Source: a virus. Taken from it: a DNA stretch of 64,000 bases. Position numbers and translations under genes: made by a program. Of this stretch, positions 27,958 through 37,234 are shown one piece after another (position 1 is the first letter of the stretch; each line of letters begins with the position of its first letter). Under the pieces are notes generated by a model, which worked only from the letters and a program-made list of their open reading frames with translations, ran no database searches and had not been told where the DNA came from. The DNA lies in IMG/VR virus record IMGVR_UViG_3300046170_000299; one strand, given 5' to 3'.

Positions 27958-28378
27958 AATTGAAATTCAGTGGAAGCAAACTGATATGGTCGAAGTGGTT
28001 CTTGGTGAACCAGATGACTTTCTTAAGGTAAGGGAAACACTAACAAGGATTGGTGTTGCATCAAGAAAAGAAAAAAAGATTTATCAATCTTGCCACATTC
28101 TTCATAAGCAAGGAAGATATTTCATCGTACACTTCAAAGAGTTGTTTGCTCTTGATGGCAAGAACACTAATCTTTCATTGAATGATGTGCAACGTCGTAA
28201 TCGTATTGTACAACTTTTAGTTGATTGGGGACTGGTTAATATCTCTACAGAAAGTCAGGAAAAAATTGCTGACTTAGCTCCTCTAAATCAAATTAAAGTT
28301 CTCTCCTTTAAGGAGAAAGGTGAATGGACGCTTGAGTCCAAATATAATATTGGTCGTAAGAAGCAAGAAGGCGAGTAA
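27947..28378 (+). CDS. regA: translational repressor RegA
   Basis: DDFLKVRETLTRIGVAS, CHILHKQGRYFIVHFKELF. Confidence 0.96.
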   Translation: MSGEIEIQWKQTDMVEVVLGEPDDFLKVRETLTRIGVASRKEKKIYQSCHILHKQGRYFIVHFKELFALDGKNTNLSLNDVQRRNRIVQLLVDWGLVNISTESQEKIADLAPLNQIKVLSFKEKGEWTLESKYNIGRKKQEGE

Positions 28379-28430
28379 ACCGTATACTTTTAATAAGGAA
28401 AACCGTTATTTAACTTTAAATGTTTATTGT

Positions 28431-28486
28431 TAAATAAGACTGTGATGCCTAACGGGTCACAGTAAACAGTCGCTTATTTAAGGACA
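28431..28486 (+). promoter_or_regulatory. late promoter plus structured hsp20 leader
   Basis: TAAATA at 28431; ACTGTGA..TCACAGT hairpin; alternative long stem TAAATAAG-ACTGT/ACAGT-CG-CTTATTTA ending at the AGGA SD. Confidence 0.55.
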
Positions 28487-28894
28487 ATGGTAAACAATTA
28501 TGCATGGCAACAACTTTCCCCATTTTCACTCGGGTTCGATGAAACATTCCACAGACTTGAATCTCTTGCGGGAGCAGGAACAAGCTACCCTCCTTACAAT
28601 GTCATTAATGGATCTGGTGGTAGAACAATATTGGAGGTCGCTCTTGCTGGATTTTCAGAAGGGGATCTAGATGTAGAGACGGAACGAAACGTCTTAACAG
28701 TATCTGCTAAAAAAGCACCAGCAGATAAAGAAAGAAATTACGCACATAAAGGAATTTCATATAGAACGTTTTCACGTAACTGGCAGATGGCAGATGATGT
28801 AGAAGTCGAGACCGTAGAGTTTAATAATGGTCTATTGATAATCACATTAAAAAAAGAACTACCAGAAAAACAGCAACGTAAAAAACACTTCTAA
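28487..28894 (+). CDS. hsp20: small heat shock protein Hsp20
   Basis: YPPYNV, LEVALAGF, HKGISYRTF, NGLLIITL. Confidence 0.93.
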   Translation: MVNNYAWQQLSPFSLGFDETFHRLESLAGAGTSYPPYNVINGSGGRTILEVALAGFSEGDLDVETERNVLTVSAKKAPADKERNYAHKGISYRTFSRNWQMADDVEVETVEFNNGLLIITLKKELPEKQQRKKHF

Positions 28895-28914
28895 ATAAAT
28901 CATATCGTCGCCGC

Positions 28915-28956
28915 GAGGAGCACCTGCCAACAAACAGGTTGACTCCTCCTTTTTTT
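28915..28956 (+). terminator. intrinsic terminator-like hairpin after hsp20
   Basis: GAGGAG-c-ACCTG...CAGGT-tga-CTCCTC followed by a T-tract. Confidence 0.7.
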
Positions 28957-28967
28957 GGTGGTATAAT
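28939..28967 (+). promoter_or_regulatory. sigma70-type promoter for the Sm-like trio and gp43
   Basis: TTGACT, 17 nt spacer, TATAAT. Confidence 0.85.
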
Positions 28968-28987
28968 AAAATCAAACTCTTATAGCT

Positions 28988-29335
28988 ATGGCAGTATCTA
29001 TCGTTACATTAAAAACGGGAGATCGAATCATTACTGAGTTGAAAGAAATCTTTGATGAAGAAGGTGAAGACCGTAAAGGTGTTTGTCTTTTGATGGAAGA
29101 TCCTTACATCTTAAACCTTGATGATGGTACTCCTCAATATCTAACTGAATCTCATGGTATGGAATACCAAGTCAGGTTTAGCAAGTGGAATCCTTACACT
29201 CCAGATTGGCAATTTAAAATTCCATATGATAGTGTGATGACAATTAGCACTCCTGAACCAGGATTGCAAAACGCATATGAAAATAAAATTAAAGAAAAGA
29301 AAGAAGGTGAAACTATTAATCCAGAGGTATTATGA
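28988..29335 (+). CDS. Sm-like fold protein
   Basis: IVTLKTGDRII...LLMEDPY...W.PY...F.I...VMT. Confidence 0.65.
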   Translation: MAVSIVTLKTGDRIITELKEIFDEEGEDRKGVCLLMEDPYILNLDDGTPQYLTESHGMEYQVRFSKWNPYTPDWQFKIPYDSVMTISTPEPGLQNAYENKIKEKKEGETINPEVL

Positions 29336-29736
29336 CTGAGCAAAAAATTCCCCCACTAAAAACTAATCACAGTATTCGTATTGTTACATTAGCAAACGGA
29401 GATCACATTCTTTGCATGTTTGGCGAAGTTCGTAGTGATGATGAAGATAAAAAAGTTGTTGGATATCGTATGCTATATCCATACAAATTGACTCTTGGGG
29501 AAGAGAGTGATGAAGGTACTATTCCCATCTCGTATGCACGTTGGTGTCCTTTCTCTCCAATTGAAGAACATCGTCTTGGAGGAGAACATATCATTAGTGT
29601 TGTTTTCCCTGACAATAACATTGTTGACAATTTTGCGGGTAGACTTCGTGAAGTGGGATTAACAGATGCACAAATTTTCTTCCCAGAGGAGGCACCAAAT
29701 GGAACTGAAAGCGAACCTGCTGAAGCTAGCGAATGA
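29332..29736 (+). CDS. Sm-like fold protein
   Basis: IVTLANGDHIL...MLYPY...WCPFS...HIISV. Confidence 0.65.
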   Translation: MTEQKIPPLKTNHSIRIVTLANGDHILCMFGEVRSDDEDKKVVGYRMLYPYKLTLGEESDEGTIPISYARWCPFSPIEEHRLGGEHIISVVFPDNNIVDNFAGRLREVGLTDAQIFFPEEAPNGTESEPAEASE

Positions 29737-29956
29737 GTGGATCATTGCTCAAGTGGAACCAGTTGAGGGGGACACTTTATCAGGTGACCCTGATGTGTGG
29801 TTAATCAAACCTTATCTGGTAGACTGTGAAGGTCAACTAACTCCTTGGGCAACCCACTCATCGGAGACTGAGTTTAATGTTAGATCTTCTGACATTACTG
29901 TTGTGACTAATCCAAGCAAGGTACTTCTTGCTCGTTATATTGAATGTCTTGAATGA
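29699..29956 (+). CDS. Sm-like fold protein (85 aa)
   Basis: LLKLANEWII...LIKPY...PW...FNVRSSDITVV. Confidence 0.6.
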   Translation: MELKANLLKLANEWIIAQVEPVEGDTLSGDPDVWLIKPYLVDCEGQLTPWATHSSETEFNVRSSDITVVTNPSKVLLARYIECLE

Positions 29957-32442
29957 ATTTTTACACTAGTGTTGAGCAAGCAGGCAATCGTCTGCTTGTC
30001 CGTGGTTATGAGAATGGCAATCGTTACAGCGTGAGGGTTCCTTTCAACCCTACGCTGTATTTGCCTAGTAAAAATTATTCAGAGTGGCGTACACTAGAAG
30101 GAGATTGTGTAGAACCACATAAGTTTGGTTCTATCACTGAAGCGAGAGATTTTATAAAACAGTATAAGGAGGTAGAGGAATTTAAAATATATGGTAACTC
30201 TAGATTTTTGTATCAATACATAGCTGAGCAGCATCCTGAAGAGGAACTCAAGTTTGATAGTACAAAAATCCGTGTATTTACCATTGATATTGAAACCGCT
30301 GCAGAAAACGGATTTCCCAATATCGAAACTGCCGATCAAGAAATCCTTGCCATATCCATCAAGGATAGTTTCACTGGTCGAATTATTGTGTTCGGAGCAC
30401 GTCCATACAATAACAAAGACCCCATGGTGGACTACATGCATTTCCGATCAGAAGAAGGTATGTTGGGCGCATTCCTTGAATACTGGCAGGAGAATTTTCC
30501 AGATGTAATTACTGGATGGAACGTGCAGTTGTTTGATATGCCTTACATATGTAATCGTATCGAACGTATTCTTGGTGATAAGTTTGTAAAGCTATTGTCT
30601 CCTTGGAAACTTGTTTCTCAGCGTGAGATTTATATTAAAGGTAGAAAACAATTAGCAGTTGACACTCTTGGAATTTCTACTCTAGACTATCTTGAGTTGT
30701 ATAAGAAGTTTACTTATACTAACCAAGAATCGTATCGTCTAGATCATATTGCTTTTGTTGAACTTGGATCTAAGAAACTAGATCACTCAGAGTTTGATAC
30801 ATTCAAAGAGTTCTATGAGAACGACTGGCAGAAATTTATTGATTACAACATCCATGACGTTCGTCTGGTAGATCAACTAGATGATAAGATGAAGTTGATT
30901 GAACTTGCATATACCATGGCATATGATGCTAAGGTAAACTACGAGGATGTATTCTCGCAGGTTCGTATGTGGGACAACTACATTTACTGTGAACTTCTTA
31001 GGCGTAAGATTGCAATCCCTCCTAAGACACAAAACGATAAATCTGAGAAGTATGCGGGGGCATATGTTAAAGAACCGAAGCCTGGATTCTATGATTGGGT
31101 GGTCTCTTTTGACCTTAATAGCCTGTATCCTCATCTTATTATGCAGTACAACATCTCACCTGAAACCCTCAAGGATAAACGACATCCAGAAGCTACAGTT
31201 GATAAAATACTTCGTAAGGAGATAAGCATCGACGGTGAGTATGCTGTTTGTGCAAATGGTGCTCAGTATAGTAAAGATAAGCACGGGTTTTTGCCACAGA
31301 TGATGAAGAAGATGTACGATAGTCGTGTTATCTTTAAGAAGAAGATGATCAAGGCAAAGCAACAGTATGAGAAAACTCCCACTGTTGAACTCATGAAAGA
31401 GATTGCTCGCTGTAATAATATTCAGATGGCAAAGAAGATTTCTTTGAACTCTGCTTATGGTGCTATCGGTAATGAACACTTCCGATACTATCGTCTAGCA
31501 AATGCTGAGGCTATTACTCTATCTGGTCAGGTATCAATTCGTTGGATTGAAAACCGTATGAACGGATACCTAAATAAACTACTCTCCACTGAAAAGGAGG
31601 ATTATGTCATTGCATCCGACACTGACTCAATCTATCTTAATCTCGGACCTCTTGTTACTAAATTTCTTAGTCATAAGTCTGGTGATAAAGCAGCAGTTGT
31701 TGGTTTACTTGACAAGATCTGCGAAGAAAAACTGGAACCTTTTATCGAACGTTCATATCAAGAACTTGCGTCGTATGTATCGGCGTATGAACAAAAGATG
31801 AGTATGAAGCGTGAGAACATCGCTGATCGTGGTATCTGGACTGCAAAGAAGCGTTACATTCTCAACGTTTGGGACAGTGAGGGGGTTAGATATAAAGAAC
31901 CCAAGATGAAGATCATGGGTCTTGAAACCGCTAGGTCATCGACACCAGCGTATTTTAGAGACAAGTTATATGCAGCGTTTAAGATTATTATCGGCAACAC
32001 AAATGATGAACTTATCACTTTCATCAATGTTGTGCGAACAGAAACGAGGGAACGTCCCTACGAAGAAGTTGCCTTTCCCAGAGGAGTTAACAACCTTGCC
32101 AAGTACCGTCACCCTACGGAGATCTATTCCAAAGGAACCCCAATCCATGTGAGGGGTGCTCTCCTGTACAATCATTATGTGAAAAAACATAAGGTAGAAA
32201 ACAAACATGCCTTGATACAGGAAGGTGAGAAGATCAAGTTCATGTACCTTAAGACACCAAACCCACTCCATGAGAATGCTATTAGCTTCTTTGGTGAGTT
32301 GCCGAAGGAGTTTGGTATTGAGAAGTATGTGGATTATCAAACACAATTTGAAAAGAGTTTCTTGGAACCTTTGAAGAATGTGCTACAATGCATAGGATGG
32401 AAGCATGAAAAGACTATTAGCATTGGGAGTTTCTTTGAATGA
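29953..32442 (+). CDS. gp43: family B DNA polymerase gp43
   Basis: ExoI DIET, SFDLNSLYP, KISLNSAYG, ASDTDS, KKRY. Confidence 0.98.
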   Translation: MNFYTSVEQAGNRLLVRGYENGNRYSVRVPFNPTLYLPSKNYSEWRTLEGDCVEPHKFGSITEARDFIKQYKEVEEFKIYGNSRFLYQYIAEQHPEEELKFDSTKIRVFTIDIETAAENGFPNIETADQEILAISIKDSFTGRIIVFGARPYNNKDPMVDYMHFRSEEGMLGAFLEYWQENFPDVITGWNVQLFDMPYICNRIERILGDKFVKLLSPWKLVSQREIYIKGRKQLAVDTLGISTLDYLELYKKFTYTNQESYRLDHIAFVELGSKKLDHSEFDTFKEFYENDWQKFIDYNIHDVRLVDQLDDKMKLIELAYTMAYDAKVNYEDVFSQVRMWDNYIYCELLRRKIAIPPKTQNDKSEKYAGAYVKEPKPGFYDWVVSFDLNSLYPHLIMQYNISPETLKDKRHPEATVDKILRKEISIDGEYAVCANGAQYSKDKHGFLPQMMKKMYDSRVIFKKKMIKAKQQYEKTPTVELMKEIARCNNIQMAKKISLNSAYGAIGNEHFRYYRLANAEAITLSGQVSIRWIENRMNGYLNKLLSTEKEDYVIASDTDSIYLNLGPLVTKFLSHKSGDKAAVVGLLDKICEEKLEPFIERSYQELASYVSAYEQKMSMKRENIADRGIWTAKKRYILNVWDSEGVRYKEPKMKIMGLETARSSTPAYFRDKLYAAFKIIIGNTNDELITFINVVRTETRERPYEEVAFPRGVNNLAKYRHPTEIYSKGTPIHVRGALLYNHYVKKHKVENKHALIQEGEKIKFMYLKTPNPLHENAISFFGELPKEFGIEKYVDYQTQFEKSFLEPLKNVLQCIGWKHEKTISIGSFFE

Positions 32443-32615
32443 GTAAGAAAATCTTTGTTGTGACATGGACTAACCATCTTGTCGGACAAGTAGGACCAGA
32501 GGACATTAAGTGCTTTGAGAACTACGATACTGCTCGTGCGTTTGCAAAACTCATGAGCAATAATTATACTTATGTAAACTTTTACGAGGATGAAGCAACA
32601 CAATGGGATTCTTAA
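32439..32615 (+). CDS. small hypothetical protein (58 aa)
   Basis: [26 protein letters not shown]...*; ATGA-coupled to gp43. Confidence 0.6.
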   Translation: MSKKIFVVTWTNHLVGQVGPEDIKCFENYDTARAFAKLMSNNYTYVNFYEDEATQWDS

Positions 32616-33616
32616 ATTCTGTAATTAAAGATAGTGGCAATGAATTTGCTGGTTTGGTTAGTGAAGGAGTCGCTGCTGGCGACATTACTGATTATGTCGA
32701 TACTGGCAGTTATATTTTTAACGCCTTGGTTAGTGGTTCGCTTTTTGGAGGTTTGCCTTCAAACAAAGTCACCGCTCTTGCAGGAGAATCAAGCACTGGG
32801 AAAACTTTTTTTGCTCTTAGTGTCGTTCGTAATTTCCTTCGTGATAATCCTACAGGCGGCGTCATTTATTTTGAAACTGAATCCGCCATTTCCCGTGACA
32901 TGATTGAGTCGCGTGGTATTGATTCCCAACGTATGGTTTTGTTTCCTGTCTCAACCATTGAAGAGTTCAGGACTCAAGCTTGTCGTATCGTTGACAAGTA
33001 TATGAAAGAACCTAAAGACAAACGTGAACCTATGATGTTTGTGTTAGATTCTTTAGGTATGCTTTCAACTAACAAGGAGATGGAAGACGTTGCTAATGAT
33101 AAGCAAGTTCGTGACATGACAAAGAGTCAGTTGATCAAGGGTGCCTTTCGTGTGCTGACACTTAAACTGGGTCAAGCACAGGTGCCTATGATCGTTACCA
33201 ACCATACATATGATGTGATCGGTTCCTATGTTCCTACTAAGGAGATGGGTGGCGGCACAGGTCTTAAGTACGCTGCATCTACTATCATCTATCTTGGTAA
33301 GAAGAAAGAGAAAGATGGTACTGAATTGGTAGGTAACATTATCAAGTGTGAAGCAAAGAAGTCACGTTTAACTAAGGAGGGCAGTAAGATTGAGACACGT
33401 CTATTTTTTGACGACCGTGGACTTGACAAGTATTACGGGTTATTGGAGTTGGGTGAACAATACGGAGTCTTCCAGCGGGTTGGCAATCGTATTAAGGTTG
33501 GTGAATCTTCTGTTTATCCTAAATCTATTCTCTCGAATCCTGAGAAGTACTTCACTGAAGAAGTGATGGCAAAATTAGAAGAGGCAGCTAAACAAGAATT
33601 CACCTATGGCAATTGA
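32603..33616 (+). CDS. uvsX: RecA-like recombinase UvsX
   Basis: [32 protein letters not shown]. Confidence 0.96.
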   Translation: MGFLNSVIKDSGNEFAGLVSEGVAAGDITDYVDTGSYIFNALVSGSLFGGLPSNKVTALAGESSTGKTFFALSVVRNFLRDNPTGGVIYFETESAISRDMIESRGIDSQRMVLFPVSTIEEFRTQACRIVDKYMKEPKDKREPMMFVLDSLGMLSTNKEMEDVANDKQVRDMTKSQLIKGAFRVLTLKLGQAQVPMIVTNHTYDVIGSYVPTKEMGGGTGLKYAASTIIYLGKKKEKDGTELVGNIIKCEAKKSRLTKEGSKIETRLFFDDRGLDKYYGLLELGEQYGVFQRVGNRIKVGESSVYPKSILSNPEKYFTEEVMAKLEEAAKQEFTYGN

Positions 33617-33628
33617 CAAGCTGTCTAC

Positions 33629-33663
33629 AGGGGGTTGCACGACCCCCTTTTTCATTGTATAGT
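33629..33663 (+). promoter_or_regulatory. terminator-like hairpin overlapping a sigma70-type promoter
   Basis: AGGGGGT-tgcacg-ACCCCCT followed by a T-run; TTGCAC (33635), 17 nt spacer, TATAGT (33658). Confidence 0.7.
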
Positions 33664-33690
33664 ATGTCTATCAACCATCGAGGATTACCC

Positions 33691-34380
33691 ATGGATCTCA
33701 CAACATTCAAGCAAAAATTTGATGCGATCAAAGAACGTGGTTACATCAAATCCCATCGCAAAGGTAACACAGGTGTGGGACACACTCTTGAACAAGAACT
33801 AGGACTGACTGAGAACTGTATTTCTGGTCCTGACCTTGAGGGTAATGAACTTAAAGCAGCACGTAAAGGCGCTGGTGGTAAACAGACATTGTTTACTAAA
33901 GAGGGTGATTGGGTTGTACCCCAGAGAGATTATATTGAAACATATGGTTTCCCTCACACCACAAAAATTGGTGAGTTGAGTGGACAATCTACTGTAACTA
34001 AAAACGTTAATAAGCGTGGTCTTCAGATCGTGACTACTGATGACTACTGTGCTATCTGTCATGACAATGTTATTATTGTTATGTGGGATTGGGACACATT
34101 GATTGATCAGTTTGCTAAGAAGTTTCCTGCATGTGTGAAAGTATTTGCTGACGTTGAGAAACGTGACGGTGTAGAATACTTCCACTACAATGAAGCATAT
34201 CGTTTCATTGGTACTGACAAGAACTTGTTTCGCACTGCAATCGAGAATGATATGATTGCTATTGATATTCGTATGCGTACACAGAAGATGATTGGTAAAT
34301 CTCTTCGTAATCGTGGTACTGCATTCCGTATGAATCATGGTAAAATGGAAGAACTATTTGTTAAGGAGATCATCAATTGA
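33691..34380 (+). CDS. MvaI/BcnI-family restriction endonuclease (229 aa)
   Basis: KGNTGVGHTLEQELG, catalytic GPD-LEGN-ELK, TLFTKE; SD GAGGA 6 nt upstream of the ATG at 33691. Confidence 0.82.
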   Translation: MDLTTFKQKFDAIKERGYIKSHRKGNTGVGHTLEQELGLTENCISGPDLEGNELKAARKGAGGKQTLFTKEGDWVVPQRDYIETYGFPHTTKIGELSGQSTVTKNVNKRGLQIVTTDDYCAICHDNVIIVMWDWDTLIDQFAKKFPACVKVFADVEKRDGVEYFHYNEAYRFIGTDKNLFRTAIENDMIAIDIRMRTQKMIGKSLRNRGTAFRMNHGKMEELFVKEIIN

Positions 34381-35234
34381 AGGATACTATTCTCTACGGT
34401 GACTGTCGCGAAACTCTTAAAGAGTTTGATAGTAAAGCTAGAATGTGTGTTACCTCACCACCTTACTATGGTCTACGTAACTATGGTGGTGAAGAAGATC
34501 AGATTGGTCTGGAACAAACACCAGAAGAATATGTTGACAATCTTGTAAAGGTTTTTCGTGAGGTAAGAAATTGTCTTACTGATGATGGAACATGCTGGGT
34601 TAATCTTGGTGATAGTTATTACAACTATAGACCAGGTAAAGGTCAAGCTATTCATAAACAATCAGTATCTAAAACTAACCAAGATTTACCTAGCACATGT
34701 GCCAGACGAGGTAACAAACTAGAAGGTCTTAAAGAAAAAGATCTTATTGGTATTCCTTGGATGTTTGCTTTTGCCATGAGAGCAGACGGATGGTATCTAA
34801 GACAAGATATTATTTGGAATAAACCTAATCCAATGCCAGAGAGTGTGAGAGATAGATGCACTAAATCTCACGAGTATATTTTCTTGTTTAGTAAAAGTCA
34901 AAATTATTATTTTGATGTTAATGCTATCAAAGAATCAACTGTGGATGGTAAGGGGTTGAAGCGTAAGAAAACTGTATGGGAAATTAAAACTAAACCATAC
35001 AAGGGAGCACACTTTGCTGTGTATCCACCAGAGTTAATTGAACCATGTATTAAAGCTGGTAGTGAAGAAGGTGATCTTGTATTGGATCCATTTATGGGAT
35101 CTGGTACTACTGCCTTAGTTGCCAAATCATTACAAAGACATTATTTGGGTTGCGAATTACATGAAGACTATGGTAAACTAATTCAAACAAGGTTAAGTGA
35201 AAAATCCTTTGCTAGGTTAAATTTTAATGATTGA
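34377..35234 (+). CDS. beta-class N4-cytosine/N6-adenine DNA methyltransferase
   Basis: Motif IV TSPPY precedes motif I LDPFMGSGTT; IIWNKPNPMPE, HFAVYP; TTG start with an AAGGAG SD. Confidence 0.93.
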   Translation: MKDTILYGDCRETLKEFDSKARMCVTSPPYYGLRNYGGEEDQIGLEQTPEEYVDNLVKVFREVRNCLTDDGTCWVNLGDSYYNYRPGKGQAIHKQSVSKTNQDLPSTCARRGNKLEGLKEKDLIGIPWMFAFAMRADGWYLRQDIIWNKPNPMPESVRDRCTKSHEYIFLFSKSQNYYFDVNAIKESTVDGKGLKRKKTVWEIKTKPYKGAHFAVYPPELIEPCIKAGSEEGDLVLDPFMGSGTTALVAKSLQRHYLGCELHEDYGKLIQTRLSEKSFARLNFND

Positions 35235-36612
35235 ACGGATTGAAGAAACTATCCTAAGAAACCTCCTACATAACGAGGAGTATTATCGAAAGGTAGTCCC
35301 ATTTCTCAAAGCAGAATACTACGAGAACTATCATGAGAAGATTATCTTTGAGGAGATTGCCGAGTTTTCTTCTAAGTACGACAAAGTTCCTACTAAAGAA
35401 ATCCTTACGATTAATCTCCAGAATCGTAATGACCTTACTGACGAATCGTTTCAAAGTTCGGTACAGACGGTATCCTCCCTATCAGACGACTGGGTTGACT
35501 ACGACTGGCTCCTTGACGCAACCGAAAAGTGGTGTCAAGACAGAGCAATCTATCTCGCCCTTATGTCCTCGATCAAGATCGCAGATGGAGGCGATAAAAA
35601 ACTTTCGAGAGATGCGATACCCTCCATACTCCAAGAAGCCTTGGCGGTATCGTTCGACGAACACATAGGACACGACTATATTGAACAAGCAACAGACAGA
35701 TATGAATTCTACCATCGCAAAGAAGAGAAGGTTCCCTTTGATCTTGAAAAGTTTAACTTTATCACGAAAGGTGGTATCTCTAACAAGACTCTCAATGTCG
35801 CTCTTGCTGGTACAGGTGTCGGGAAGTCTCTATTCATGTGCCATGCAGCTGGTGCCGCTCTCTCACAGGGGTACAACGTTCTCTACATTACATGTGAAAT
35901 GGCAGAGGAAAAAATTGCTGAACGAATTGACGCAAACCTTTTAAACGTTGCTGTAAAAGATATTACAGAATTACCTGAGGTTCTTTTTACTAGTAAGGTA
36001 AATGAGATTGCTAGGAAAACTCAGGGCAAACTTATTATTAAGGAGTACCCAACAGCGTCTGCACATGTCGGACATTTTAAAGGACTTCTAAGCGATCTCA
36101 GATTAAAAAAAGATTTTAAACCAGATCTTATATTCATTGATTATTTAAATATATGTGCAAGCGTGAGGTACAAAGGTGCCGTTGTTAACTCGTATACCTA
36201 TGTTAAGGCGATTGCTGAGGAGCTTCGGGGTCTTGCTGTGGAAGCTAACGTCCCTATTGTTAGTGCTACTCAGACCACTCGTTCTGGTTTTGGCAATAGC
36301 GATCCAGATCTTACCGATACTTCTGAGTCTTTTGGTCTTCCTGCCACTGCTGATTTTATGTTTGCCCTTATCTCTACTGAGGAGTTGGAACAACAAGGTC
36401 GCATCATGGTCAAACAACTTAAAAACAGATACTCAGACATCGTTACCTCACGAAAATTCATGGTGGGAATTGACAGATCGAAGATGAGGCTGTATGATGT
36501 TGCTGATGATGCCTCAGCTATTGGCATCAGTGAAGAAGCTCCTGGTGAGGACTTCCAGCAATTTGCTGACACACAATCTAGACTATCTAAATTTGCCGAG
36601 TGGAACGTATGA
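35227..36612 (+). CDS. gp41: replicative helicase gp41
   Basis: LAGTGVGKS, IFIDYL, SATQTTR, QLKNRY. Confidence 0.96.
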   Translation: MIERIEETILRNLLHNEEYYRKVVPFLKAEYYENYHEKIIFEEIAEFSSKYDKVPTKEILTINLQNRNDLTDESFQSSVQTVSSLSDDWVDYDWLLDATEKWCQDRAIYLALMSSIKIADGGDKKLSRDAIPSILQEALAVSFDEHIGHDYIEQATDRYEFYHRKEEKVPFDLEKFNFITKGGISNKTLNVALAGTGVGKSLFMCHAAGAALSQGYNVLYITCEMAEEKIAERIDANLLNVAVKDITELPEVLFTSKVNEIARKTQGKLIIKEYPTASAHVGHFKGLLSDLRLKKDFKPDLIFIDYLNICASVRYKGAVVNSYTYVKAIAEELRGLAVEANVPIVSATQTTRSGFGNSDPDLTDTSESFGLPATADFMFALISTEELEQQGRIMVKQLKNRYSDIVTSRKFMVGIDRSKMRLYDVADDASAIGISEEAPGEDFQQFADTQSRLSKFAEWNV

Positions 36613-37013
36613 CTATTAATTTTGAACGCTATGAAGAGTTTGTATCAGCAGTTACTTCAGAAGCTTCTACAAACTTTGTTGATTTCGCTGACCGTATTGG
36701 TGATCTGGATCGACAAGGTGCCAATATTGAGAGACTTCTTACTGCTGGGGTTGGAATTAATGCTGAGGGTGGTGAGTTCCTTGAGATCATTAAAAAAATG
36801 GTCTTCCAAGGAAAACCGTGGAACGAAGATAATCGTGAGCATCTCATTATTGAGTTGGGTGACGTTATGTGGTATGTTGCTCAAGCTACAATGGCACTTG
36901 ATATATCCTTCGATGAAGTAATCGAAACCAATGTCAATAAACTGAAGAAGCGTTATCCTGGTGGTGAGTTCAATGTTCACAACTCAGAAGTTCGTGCCGC
37001 TGGCGATAGGTAA
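36609..37013 (+). CDS. mazG: MazG nucleotide pyrophosphohydrolase
   Basis: GINAEGGEFLEIIKK, IELGDVMWY, NVNKLKKRYP. Confidence 0.93.
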   Translation: MTINFERYEEFVSAVTSEASTNFVDFADRIGDLDRQGANIERLLTAGVGINAEGGEFLEIIKKMVFQGKPWNEDNREHLIIELGDVMWYVAQATMALDISFDEVIETNVNKLKKRYPGGEFNVHNSEVRAAGDR

Positions 37014-37213
37014 TGCTAACACTTTGGATCCATACGGTAGCATTCTTTCAAGTGGTTGTGATGAATTGTATCCAACCAGTTAACTGGCAATACTGCTATC
37101 GTGTTGACCAGTGGTTGTTACCAGAACTCCATGAAGGATATAAAATATGGACAGGTGAATCACACCCTTACCAAAATGAAAAAGAATATCTCAAAGACCT
37201 CTCATCTAAATAG
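37013..37213 (+). CDS. hypothetical protein
   Basis: 66 aa; TAATG overlap with the mazG stop. Confidence 0.65.
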   Translation: MLTLWIHTVAFFQVVVMNCIQPVNWQYCYRVDQWLLPELHEGYKIWTGESHPYQNEKEYLKDLSSK

Positions 37214-37230
37214 TTAGACGGGAGGTTTTT
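37193..37230 (+). promoter_or_regulatory. hairpin with a late promoter at its apex and the SD in its 3' arm
   Basis: AAAGACCTCTC pairs with GGGAGGTTTTT; inner stem TCTAA/TTAGA; TAAATA at 37207-37212; GGGAGG at 37220-37225; ATG at 37235. Confidence 0.75.
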
Positions 37231-37234
37231 TCAT

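Noticed and set aside
33613-33690. N-terminal extension of the endonuclease ORF in the track
   Set aside because: It spans the terminator and promoter; the ATG at 33691 has a proper SD.
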